DNA from: Kondoa subrosea
Lineage: Eukaryota
DNA length: 64,000 nt
Direction of reading: 5' to 3'
Assembly (NCBI GenBank): GCA_039545335.1
Contig: BCIN01000004.1
Location: forward strand, 796,925-860,924
Below, piece by piece: positions 52,287-64,000 of the stretch (position 1 is the first letter of the stretch; every line of letters starts with the position of its first letter). Both the position numbers and the translations under genes were made by a program. The notes beneath the pieces were generated by a model. That model was not told the DNA's origin and did no database searches. It saw only the letters and a program-made list of their open reading frames with translations.

Positions 52287-55200
52287 TCAATACTATCAAG
52301 GAGAATCAGCCCTCTACCATGTTGAAGGGAACACGACTCACTGGAACGCTGGAGAAGTCCATCTCGCCAAGAGGGAACTCTTCATCTGACAAATCTTCAA
52401 TATTCTGTCTCTCTAAATCTTCCTCTTCTTGCGATCTTGAAGGCCAAGCCAATTTCTCTTTATCCGCATGCCAACTTTTGCGTTTCCTTTCATCCTCATT
52501 CCGGTTTCTCTTGTAGTAATATTCGAAATCATTCTCTGGTTCCAGACTTCCAGGCATGGATTCAGTTCTCCTTCTAGAAACTCGATCTTCAGATTCTATA
52601 TCTTCAGAAGCAACTGAACCTAATTCGAATTCATCATCCGGTTCTTCTTGAACAATATTGGAAGCATGAGCTAAAGGTGAAGTAGGTCTAGGTGAAGAAG
52701 CTCTTGTATGCCTTTCAGTATTGATCGTAGCATTCAGATCGGATTTGGAACTCTTTCTTCCAATAGAAATACTGCTTGTCAGTCTTCTCAGGGAATAGCG
52801 ACTTGAGTCAGAGCGCGCTGAAAGTGTTGGCGAAGGAGGAGTGAGGTCAGGTAAGTCGACTATGGGCATTGGTGCTCGCCAGAAATTGAAATCGGTATAT
52901 TCTGGTGCTGCGCGTCTGTTGATCGGCGGGAACATTTGATCGACCAGATCATTCATAGCAATATACCTGTGAGGAAGATCGCTCACTTAAGCTACCATAT
53001 AGCTAGCTCGAGCATCCGACTCACGATGATTTATAGCCAGCCAATTCGAGCAACTCCATCTTGACTTCTCCATTCGAATCGATAGTAAAGATCCGAGCAG
53101 AAGGTACATCCACAGTCCGATATGATAGAGCATCGGTTATTCGATTACCGAAACCAGCATAGAAAGGTCGATGAGGAGCAAACAAGCGATTGATATCTTG
53201 CAAACAGGCCATCTTGAAGACTTCAGGTTTACGCATGATGACTTCACTGTAAGTATAAACGCAGAACAATCAGCTTGTAGCTGAACGTTTGCGCCTTTAC
53301 TCACCGATGCAAAGAAGTCATTAATCGATCAGGACTCATGATGACAGGTCCTTCAGGCAGAGTGAAGTTGTTCTGCACAATACCGCGAAGGTATTCTCTG
53401 GTTGTATCTGCTTGTCCAATGGCTCGAGAAGTGAGGTACATCATCTTGTAACCGTTTCGTGCTATATCGGTGTAAAGTTTCGCTACGCCTAGATGGGTCC
53501 AATCACGACCAATCATGGTAAAGACATGACCCAGTGCATCGGATCTGTGCGATGAAACAAACCTTGAACAATCAAGCATTCTTCATATAGTCTTTCACGC
53601 ACTTGGTGATTGTGCCATCAATATCTGAAATGACAACCTTGAAGTCCGATTCCCACAAGAAGATCCTTGAAGTACATTTGACGATACTTGAAGAATAGGA
53701 AGACGAGATGCAATAGGAAATCTGGTTCATGCCTTTCTTCAAATCCAACTTCTTCAATTGATCGGAAGTCAATCTCAATGTTTTCGCATAGTGTTTGTCG
53801 GAAGGAGGTGTAGGTATATCAGGCTTCTTGGCTGTGACAGGTGTTGGTGCTATATTAGGAAGTTCAAGTGTCTCTTCTTTCAATTCAGTAGCAGGTGGCG
53901 TAGAAGGCGGTATTGCAGCTTCCAATTCTGATGGTGATTTGGGCCGAGATGGAGTAGTTGTGGTAGCTGCAGGTGGACTGCGAGGTTTGTTCCACCAACT
54001 TGACCATTTTCTGGTCCGAGGTGCCGTTTGAAGAGGGTCAGGTGTTTGTCGAGAAAGATCCTCTTTCGTTAGGTTGTTGGTAGGTACCAGTGAGTTGTGA
54101 TAGATTGCAAGAGAAGCAAGAACAGGTGAAGCGTTATCCCACGTCAGATATCTAGTTCAAGACTTGAGATAAACTCAAATTCGAAGAGAAAGCTTACCGC
54201 TGTTTATACCGGACTACTAAGTTCTTATCAGACATCAACTCCTTGTGATCACGAAACGTTTCATAAGATAATCGTTGAGCATCAAAAGTCCTAGCATCAA
54301 GTGTCGAGTCATGACCCAGGGCATCTCCACCGCAAAGGGAGAGTTCAAAGATATGTTCCAATTCGTCAGTGATGAGCTTGAATTCATAAGTATCTGCAAC
54401 AGGTTTGACTGATCCCACTGAGGTCAAATCGGCGATACTAGCTGGTCCAGAGGGAGAAGTAGCACGAGATGTTGGTCTAGTAGCCTTGCCTTCTGAGCTT
54501 TCCTTGCGTTCACGTATAGATAAACCTTCTGTTCATATATTTAGCTCTTCTGTACAGAACAAGGCGAAAAACGAACTAATATCATTCAGTAAGCCAGTCT
54601 CTGTCGCAGTCGCAAGTACAGAAGCTCCAGTCCTACTCTTGTGCAGATCAGCGCTTCTTAGCAGGCCCTGAGTGAAATCCACAATATCGTCTCCTGAACC
54701 AAACATTCAGACCAAGTACTGTAGAGCACCAAATGACAGTTTACCTTGATCTTGACTCCTGGCTTTGATTTCTCTTCCAAGCAAAGATCCCTCTATGTCT
54801 TTCCCAAGTTTGCTACTCTCATCTCCTTCAACTTTGTAACCGGCCATATCCAGCATCAAGGTACTTCCTCTTGAATGCAAAGATTGGCTCATACTCATGT
54901 CACCGGCTTCAGTAATAGTAGAGGAGCTTAGATTATTGGCGCGGACTTCTTGAGCGTGTTTGGCAGCTTGTCTTACATCATCACCAATTTCACCATCCGA
55001 TTCCAAAGATGACAAAGAAGGATCATGTTTGCCTTCCAAATCGTCTTTCATACTTTGTTCCAGATCACCAATTTCATTTCTAGCTTGATCTTCAGCTTGT
55101 GTACCTTCTTCTGCATCTAAATTGGTTTTCGATTTCCGTCGAGAAGCAGTAGCTGATTGTGCTAATCCGGATACTAAAGCAGCAGGAGCAATGACGACTT

Positions 55201-55867
55201 GAGCTGCCTTGGATGCGGTGTTTTGTAAGAACGAGACAGGACCACTGTTCGGATCTGAAAGATCTTCTTCAGCTTCGGAGGTAGCGGTAGTTTCAGGCGA
55301 TGATGAAGAGTCTAATCTTTGCGAAGAAGAAGTAGTGGACGATCCAGGCGAGTTTAGATCGAGGTAATCAGGTTCGCCCTATACATTTCGTATCAGCTAG
55401 AGTGAGTACGCTTCGATGCCTTCAACCTCACATGTGTATTTGCGGGCCCTTTACCATCTTCAATGTCTTCATCAGCAACAGGAGCAGCGATTGGACTTGT
55501 TTGTAGATCCGCAGGTACGTCGCCTTCGGTCTCAAAGACAAAGTAAGCTTCCCCAGTTTCGCCAACTTTCATGACGAAGGGGACTTCGACATCGTTGATT
55601 CGTACAGTGACCTACCACATATCGTAGTATTCAACGAATAGTGACACACAGGAGACATGTCTAGGTACTCACCTTGCGATCCACTGGTCTGAGAACACTG
55701 AGTTTACCAAACCGAACATGAAAAGGAGAGCAAGCGAGTTCCGTTTCGCCTGTAGCTTCATCCAGTCTTTCAACTACAATCACGTCGATAGCGCCAGACA
55801 GAGTAGCAGGATTGATCTCCTTGTAGTATGTTGACACGCTGGAAAGAGCTCTTCCGACCCATTGCAT
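52287..55867 (-). CDS. PAH1: Lipin / phosphatidate phosphatase
   Basis: N-LIP INPATLSGAIDVIVV...FHVRFGK; C-LIP VISDIDGTITKSDALGH, YLTSRAIGQ, FYAGFGNRITD. Confidence 0.96.
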
Positions 55868-56374
55868 CTTGTGCGGCTGGCTAGATGAGCAGCAGGCCCT
55901 GTCCAAGCTCGTTCACTATGCTGAACGTACGCTAGAAATTGGCCGCTTCAAGACAAGAGCTTGTTGAAGTCAAGAACATGCATGCTTCGCTTGACCCCGA
56001 GCCACGAAAGGCTTTGCATCCAATACCCTTTGGCTTATGTAGATACCAGGTCATTGAGGGATACCAGGACTGTCAGATCACAAAAGAACGGCTTGCCTCA
56101 AATAGGCGGCACCAAACATAGCCTTGAATGCTTCGAAGCATTCGTTTCAACACTCAGCTGCGCTGTGCTCTCCTTGATTTCTCTGTCTTTCTGTATCTTC
56201 TCTTGTCTCTGTGTTGCATGTCGTATTGCAAATTTGTGCGATAAGCTGCCAATACCGGTACTCGTTCACTTTGGCAAACGAAGTCCAATTCCAGCATAGC
56301 GCATGTCTCAGCAAGTCTCGGCATTTCTGTCTCCGATACTACCACACTGGTTACCAGCCGCCCAGCTAAATCCC

Positions 56375-57381
56375 ATGACGACAAATAGTCTTGTAATCCA
56401 GCCAGCGAGCAATGACGAAGAAGCGATTGAGAACCTGTTGCCGCTAGCCCGACAACAAGGCTGGGTGAGCACAGCATTATCACCTTCAAGTCTCTCATAG
56501 ACAGTGAATTTCTCAGGATATCGTCACTTCGTCTATCGCTGGACTACGAAACATTGATCCAGAAGGCTTTCTAATAGCTTACGTTGACGGAGAAGCTATA
56601 GGTTGTGTCGTTGCACCAATCTATGAAAATCAGACTGCCTTCATCGGCTATCTTGTTGTGCAAGAGGAAATGAGAAACAAGGGTGTTGGAACAGCTTTAG
56701 TCCAGTCAGCTCTGGCTCATCTTCAAGCGAATGGAGCTTCTTCTATCGGTCTGACTACTAAAGCAAGCTTGATACCCTTTTATCGCCGATTCGGGTTCAT
56801 TGAAACCGAGCAAACTACTTCGGTTTGGACTTGGTCTACGAAAGCTCAGTACCAATTGGAAAACAAACAGAAGAAGCAAGCGACTGCTTCTAGTGCTGTA
56901 GTCCGACATCTGCCTGATCAGAATAACCTCAACTCTTTCGACTATCTGTGTACTGGTTTCTTCCGTCCCAAAGTTTGGTCAAATTTTATGTCTCAACCGT
57001 TTCAATCCTTCTCCGTCTATGACGAAAGCAATTTGGCTGCTTGGGCCTTGATTCAAGAAACGGATGACGGTTTAGGTCTGGCTCCATTCTATGCATCGAC
57101 TTTCGAAAACGCGCAAGAGCTGTTGAAGAGTATTATATGTTATGCAACAGCTAAGAATTCGAAGAAGCGAAGGATTGAGCTAGAAAGTTGCGACGCTTTA
57201 CTCTCAAAGAAGTTGTTGGAGCAATTTGGATTTGAGAAGAAAGGCGAAAGCTCTACAGTAAGCAATCACTGCATTTCAGCCGAAATTGATGTAGATTGAT
57301 TAGTACATGTGGCTTGGCGGAAAGCCTGCTGTTGCACAGAAGGAAGGAAACTATGCAATTTTTGATGCAGGACTGGGATAA
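56375..57381 (+). CDS. Tandem-GNAT acetyltransferase (YitH/HolE-like)
   Basis: QQGW|...IDPEGFLIAYVDGEAIGCV...FIGYLVV..MRNKGVGTAL...FYRRFGF, second domain LGLAPFYA, ends DAGLG*. Confidence 0.85.
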
Positions 57382-57771
57382 AGTATGTGCTAATTTGCTG
57401 TGCGTACTCAGGGCTCTACTGATTCCTATTAGGTGTATTGTTACATTTTCTAGGGGCATTAGAATGCCCATGCGCTCTCTATCGTTTTGCTGTTTCTCTT
57501 TCCCCTTTCGTCGAAGACACTTGCTAGAATCCTTTTTTCTGCCTTCTCCGAGGTTGCGACTGAGAGCGAGCTAACTCACCGCACGTTTCTGTGATCTTGT
57601 GCGAAGTGCCTGCACGCGTTCCTCTTGTTGATCACCGATCAAAGCGGATCAGCCGTTCCGCAGGTGGGCTTTATTTCTCCACTGAGATGTCATTCTCGTT
57701 TCTCGCGTTTCCCGTTCTGCTTGGCTGTGCAAATCTTTCTCTCCCTTTCGTTCTCGAACATCGCTTAGACA

Positions 57772-59141
57772 ATGCCCAAGCCCAAATTCCATTATGTCAA
57801 TCTCCATCTTGTGTATTGTATGCGTAGCCAGTCTTATATGTGCGAATCGTTACAGAAACCTATTGGCGGGTTCTTCGAGCAAACAGAACAAAAAACTCCA
57901 GACTCTAACGAATCTAAAGGGATCAAAACTGGTCAAAAAGCTTTCGGACTATTAGATGATGCCTCTGTCGATCGTTGGGCTCAAATCGTCAAGATGCTTG
58001 AAGCTTCTCCCGACACATGTACTGAGGGTAGACCCGCTATCAAGATCATATTTGTGGGAAGACATGGCGAAGTAAATGACGATGCAATAATTTGCATTTT
58101 CTAAATAAAGCTCATTTATTACTTGCTATGAACAGGGATACCATAATCTTGGAAGAGAAAAGTATACAGAAGAGAAATGGAACAAGTAAGTCAGCTTGTG
58201 CGGTAGTTCCAATGGTGACTGATGCTATACCAAAGCGAAATGGCACACAAGAAGGGTGATGAGTACTTTTCCTCCGAAAGACTTATGGCTTGTTCATTAC
58301 TGAAACCTTCGTGCAGTGAGATGACTTGGGGTCCTGGTCAGTGCTTCTGCTGTCATCTGTATACTATCTGCTGATTATCGGTGTGACAGATCCAGAGCTG
58401 ACCGACGAAGGCATATGGGAAGCGAAAGAGATTGGTAGAGGTGAGTCTAGCCTCATGCTCAGTGCACATATACTAATAGTGACTTGCAGTCTGGCAATTA
58501 GGCATGTAAGCCTTCGCTTTTCGTCTGCGCGTGATGTACTAAATGTCTCTCAGGGAGGCCGCTCCGCCAATACCCTTTCCAACTACATTCTACTGCTCTC
58601 CTCTACTGAGGCCATCCCAAACATTGCACTATACCTTTTTCGATTCCGGTTTGGTTAAAAGCGATCAAGTAGTCCATGTTCGCGAAGGATTACGAGAAAA
58701 GGTCAACACCAAAGAACCTTCTCATAGAGGCAAGCTATCCGATCTCAAGAAAAAGTTCCCAACTTGGGAATTTGAGCAGAATGAAAGCGACGAGGATACT
58801 CTATGGTCGGAAGATCAGGAAGAAAAAGACCAGGAAGTCGCCAATCGCGCTGGTCTTGTGTTGGATGAGATATTTCAGAAGCCTGATCGGAGTACGTTTA
58901 CTTAGAACCGGATGATCCAAATTGACTATTGTTGAGCACAGGCGTATCCATCACAACGCACAGTAGCATGGTGAAAGGGCTATTAGCTTATACCGGTCAT
59001 CTCCCTTTCTTCGCGCCCAAAGGTGCCGCATTTGCTGTCCTGCTGGAAGCGACCATCAAGGAGGAAGAGTTAAAACCTGCAGTCGTTAGCACAAATAACT
59101 TGGTAGAAGCAGATACTCCACAGAGAGAGTCAAAACATTGA
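57772..59141 (+). CDS. Histidine phosphatase / phosphoglycerate mutase-like (Pmu1-like)
   Basis: IFVGRHGE|GYHN, DPELTDEG, YCSPLLRPSQT, EGLRE, SITTHS. Confidence 0.88.
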
Positions 59142-59248
59142 CTAAGCAAAAGCTCGCCGTATAACATATCATGTATTTCTTTACACTTGTACAATAACTC
59201 CTTTTTGCAAACAAACAGAACTTTGCAATTGGGCCTTCGATAGGTAGA

Positions 59249-60345
59249 TCAACCGACAAGCTGAACATTGCTTTCGATGTTCTTTTTCTTCAAGAAATTC
59301 ATGAAGTCGGTCACATCTGCGAATTTCTCAGTGCGATGCCGCAAACATGATCAATGCCACCGACCTTTAGCAGTGATAGCATCGACAGACTTTTGCGACA
59401 AGAATTGCGGAATCGAGCCTCTCGGATCAGATATGGACGCCTTCCTAGAATCAAGCGAATTCAAGATATGAATGATAGCGATAACAAGTCAAGACTAACC
59501 TCCATTGAATCACAGGCTTGCCGTCACGCTGGATTTCTCTAACATCTTCTACCGCCGAATACTATGCAGGCGGGAATTCAGTTGCCGAAGTGCTTTGAGT
59601 GTAAGGAATCTCACCAAGCCTTTGACACCACCGCTACTCTCCTTAGTGGAAAGAGGGATGGTAATGATCTGGAAGTGCTTGTCGTCGAAGTTTCTTTGCA
59701 CAGTCACACTGTCCTTGACAAATTAGGCCCAGATTGAGGTTATCGACCAGAATACTTACCCAGCGAACTCGCGATCAGACTGCCATGTAATAAGCCTGCA
59801 GATGCTGAGAGAAGACGTCAAGACGTACACCTAGCATACCAAGACTGAGCACCGTGTAGAAAGCAGCGACTTGTCCGTCATCATGAGCGTTTAGCAAAAC
59901 CAGATTCTTCATGCTTGACATGTACTCTTTGACATTGTCCAGTCGCTCTTCCTGCATGAACTTCTTGAAGACGTCGATAGAGGGAGCATCGTGGTAACTG
60001 GTTCGAAGATCTGCTTGACGCTCAGTACCGTAAGATCTTCAGAATTATGGAAACTTACGCCATTTGAGACCATTATCGGGGAAGTTCTTGCGTGACTTTC
60101 TGATCTTGCAAGCAACAGTACCGTTCTCTTGAGGCTTGGAATTGTCCCAATCTGGATGCTTGCTGTCATCTTCAGTTCCAGCCATGATAGCATCTGCTTC
60201 GGCGAAGATGCTGTCGAGGCTGAGGAAACCATGAGTATTGTACTGATGTTTCTAATAGGACCTACAAAGTTTTCAATTCAGGAGTTCCTTGAGCTGGAAC
60301 ATCTTCAAGCTTGATTTCCTTGTAAGTTAGATATGGACCAGACAT
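59249..60345 (-). CDS. DUF3074-like (START/Bet v1-fold-like) protein
   Basis: Spliced KWH-LRTSYH, KEYM, SDREF, YSAVEDV, IQW, SDPRGSIP motifs. Confidence 0.65.
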
Positions 60346-60782
60346 AGTGCAGAATATAAAGTGAAATGAGGGTAGGTGGGAAGAAGAGGAGAGAGGCCCC
60401 GCCAAATCTGGCCTCGGTCGGATTACTCGGTATTTCACGTTCAAGATCTTCATAAATGACAGAGACAAACAAACATAAAACGTTCCTGAATGAAATTAAT
60501 GAAACGCGACAGCGGCGCGTTCAGACACATAGACGGTTTGTAATACTGCGCTCTGCTTGGTGGAGGAAGCTCTGCAATGACAGTATGCTTGCAGTTTCCG
60601 GGAATCAAGCGGAAGGACAATTGAGACCTATCGAGACTCCAGCTCAGTCCGACGAGTATTCAAATATTCAGAGTCGAGCAAGATCATACTACAAAGACAA
60701 AAAGCTGATCTTAGGGGAAACCTGGTATTACGCGAAGAAAGACAAGAGGAATCTGATCCCAGATGCTGACCGATTTACATGC

Positions 60783-62393
60783 TTATCCAAGCGCTTCGTA
60801 TACCACTGTTTCTGCTTTCACGTAAGCTTCCCAAGCTAATGGCTCAAAGAAGGGTAGGTAGGTTGCGATCAAGACGTTGGAAACTCCTTTGACTGGGTCA
60901 ACCTGCCAGTACATGTTGGTCAGGCCCATCCACTAAGCATATCCGAAACACATTGAGCTCAAGATCATGATGGCACATGACTGCGTACCCAGACGGATCC
61001 TTTGCTTCGCCCTGTTGGCAAATCTTCCTGGCCGATTATGAAGGACAAGCCCTACTCGGGATCAGACGAAGCTCAAGCTTGCAGAGCACCAGACTCGCAT
61101 GTACTTTAGCGACACCTGGCATCAGATGGATAGGTTTGGTCACTTCTGGTCTGACGGCAGGCAAAACTGCACAGTCGTAATTCAGCAGAGATGTAGTCTC
61201 AAAAGGCGCTATTAACTAACTCTCTTTGAAGGCGTCTTGCTGGGAAATACCAAAGATCGCAAGTTGATCTTCGAGCATAGTATCAACTGTTACTGCTTGC
61301 AAGATTCTTTGACCATTGAGACCAACGCCTTTGTTCACTAATTCCCACGATTGTTAGATTATGATGTGTAGATCGCATAAGGCCAGACGGACTTAGAATG
61401 CTGACCACCTTTAAAAAGTCTGAAGCGGTTGCTTTAGCGGCACCACCTGCGCCATCGAAATCTGCTGCACTAGCAGAGAGAGCTACCGCAGGTATGAGCA
61501 AACACGAAAGAATGCGGTCTGACTAACGTACGCAGGGGAAGAAGCGTGCCATCAGGTAATCTCGCGTGTACTGGAGATAGTCTTTGCAACATGCTTTCGC
61601 TGAACTGTATGAGAATGTAACTCAACATATACTGCCCACGATCTAGCTAAAAGCATACCTCCCAACCGATGTCTTGTACACCAAGCGGTTCAAAGATGTG
61701 TTTCTTGCAGTAATCACCAAACGACATTGAAGTGACTAGACTTTCATCAGTGCAATACAGCTCGCGGGAGACTCGACTGACTGTGTTCTAGTGCAAAAGC
61801 AGCAATATCGAGGCCAATGCCATACACCCATTTCTTTCCGGGCTCTCCAGTCAAGCATTGGCCGATATAATTCTGCTTCATCAGAATCAAATCATCGTAG
61901 CCAGTCGACAAGCGCCGCTCGTTCAGTGCTTCATTCCACATCGAGTAACCGAAAGAAGCCGTGTGGGAAAGAAGGTGACGAAGAGTGATTTTGGTTTGAG
62001 GTGCTGATCCGTCCAGCTTCACAAAAGTGTTGACATCTGGCCAATACTGTTCTAAGGGCGCATCGAGAGTCCAGCCATTGTTCTCGACCAAGTGCATGCA
62101 AGCAATAGCGGAAATGACTTTAGTGAGAGATTGAATGCTACTAGCAGTATCAATTGTCATCTGCATACCAGTCAGTCGCAAGCCATGATCTTTGAGAGAC
62201 AACGCACAGGGTCTGGCTTTCCTACCATACGTACACCTGCGCAGGCTGAAGCAAGGGTCTTGCCTTGCCTATCGAGAGACAAGAATGCAAGACCTGGAGG
62301 ACCATTTTCGCGATTGACAGCCTCTTCAAGGATTGACTTCACCTTGTCGTCCGTTGTACCATTCTTTGGAAGCGTCTGAGTCAGTTTTGCCAT
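60783..62393 (-). CDS. Beta-lactamase/transpeptidase-family serine hydrolase (LovD/EstB-like)
   Basis: IQSLTK (SxxK), ITLRHLLSHTAS, EPGKKWVYG, DGAGG. Confidence 0.9.
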
Positions 62394-62460
62394 ATTCTCA
62401 CGAGATTGCATTTCTGTCATGTCTGATTTTGGTGACTGTCAAGGTCAAGCTGCGGTGTAA

Positions 62461-62482
62461 AAAAGAGAGAGAAAGAAAGAGA

Positions 62483-62516
<34 letters not shown>

Positions 62517-62517
62517 G
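62461..62517. repeat. Purine-rich (AG)n microsatellite
   Basis: aaaagagaga...gagagagagagaga tract upstream of the serine hydrolase. Confidence 0.9.
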
Positions 62518-62759
62518 AATGCAAGCAGGAAATGCAATTAGAATTAGATTACTTGCACAGTCAAAGATAGGAAGTTGAACAATTACCGCGCTGCATATAT
62601 ATAGCGCTCGATTACTCAGCTGACATGCCAGTCTTCAATGCGTCACATGTGCTCTTGAAGTCAATCGTCGATGAGACCGAAGTTATGCAATTGTTATTAC
62701 GTAAGACTCAGGTTGAGGTCCTCCACTGTGGTCGCCATGGTACAGCTGTAGTCTACCCT

Positions 62760-63600
62760 GCATTCTTTTACAATTTGGGACGATTGAACCAAATGCATAC
62801 ATATGACCCTCCCTGTCTGCTTTTCTGCAATTTTTGTGTTTCAAGGTTTCTGACCTCTGACCAATATCGCTGCGACTTTGCGTGTCCGCAAAGGAGAGCT
62901 TCAGCAGCAGCAAAATGAGGGAAACGTTTTACACTCAGTCTTGCTCTTTGATACTTCTTGCTTATTTCTGGATCGATTTCCTTTTGTAACATCTCTTGTC
63001 GCAGACACTCGACTGCCAAGCTTCATTGCGCCTTCTCATGATCCTGAGGCCAATTTGGTTCGCAGAATGGCCGAGATCGAATAGATGACAATGAATCGTA
63101 CCAATGTCGTCCAAGAACTTGACTAAATTTGTTCATAAGGCCCATATCGTCCCGATTGCTTCCTTTTGGTGTGCTAGTAAGTCGAAAGAAGTTCTTCAAT
63201 GGTTCAGGAGCCTTGATGACTTTCGCTTTCCTGACATGCGTCTTCGTGTCAGCTTTGGCTTGCATCTGACATCATCAATCGTCCAAAGGCAATGTTTCTG
63301 ATAGACATTGTCCAGTGTCGTAAGATCGTTGCTCGCACACAGGATTGCCGAAGTACCCAGTACGTGTTCAACCAGCTAGATAAAAGAAGAAGACACCAAG
63401 GGCTATAGTGGAGCCTGCGGCGAAGGATTGCGTATGATTAGCAGCTAAAACGACGAGAGCTTAGATACTGAAAAGCGCTGCGTAGATACAGCAACTCCAA
63501 TAGCAGATGGGCCACGTCGTGTTAAGACACAACAGGGACAAGAACGCAAAGAGATAAGTACAGAAGCGGTAAAGTCATCCAAACAGCCATAACGATTAGA
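62760..63600 (-). other. Possible spliced orphan gene or remnant
   Basis: Consecutive minus-strand ORFs with intron-like gtcaga..gctgac..cag; no family recognised. Confidence 0.25.
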
Positions 63601-63910
63601 GGAAGAGAGGGATGTGCAACCTGCAGATCACAAAAGCGAAATCGCGCGACAAGAATGATTATTGTCGCCGTCTCGAGGATTTTCTTGCTGAAATGCTTGG
63701 TAATAATCTATGTTACAGGTAAAGATGTCCATACGGGAACATCTTTGCAAACTACACGTCCAAAGTTAGTCGAACTCAGGCAGGAAAGTATGGCTCAACG
63801 CACAGCCAGTTTTGCTGATCGAATGATCCCTTCGAGCAATGCATCACTATCGACCATACTTCTGTAGTTCCCATGCTGCAAAGAAAGTAACTCATCAGGA
63901 TAGCCTATCA

Positions 63911-64000
<90 letters not shown>

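Noticed and set aside
59775..59830. Apparent premature TGA in the DUF3074-like gene
   Set aside because: A 49-nt GTACGT...GGCAG intron yields GMLG-SDREF in frame.

Overview
Gene-dense, intron-rich fungal DNA. The ~50-nt GT-AG introns with CTRAY-type branch points, frequent microexons and gene content suggest a basidiomycete, probably Pucciniomycotina (inference). About 30 protein genes can be reconstructed, including PLB, a bZIP-like factor, a GH26-like protein, PAP1, isochorismatase, a LIM protein, PP28, KRE2/KTR, DBR1, an MFS transporter, three GNATs, NDUFAF5, a kinase, two ABHD paralogs, thioredoxin, an HSL esterase, an F-box protein, Cys2-type MetX, AFG1, EMC3, PAH1, a Pmu1-like phosphatase, a DUF3074-like protein and a beta-lactamase-family hydrolase. 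The standout feature lies in a ~1.07-kb direct duplication (offset 2854 bp): two identical copies of a tRNA-Ser(AGA) gene (26544-26742 and 29398-29596). Each is split by two apparent spliceosomal (GT...branch...CAG) introns, one in the D-stem and one in the T-loop, plus a canonical 11-nt anticodon intron. Each is followed by an oligo-T terminator. Removing the three introns gives a clean 83-nt class II cloverleaf. Gene boundaries were read by eye, so exon-level coordinates are approximate unless stated.
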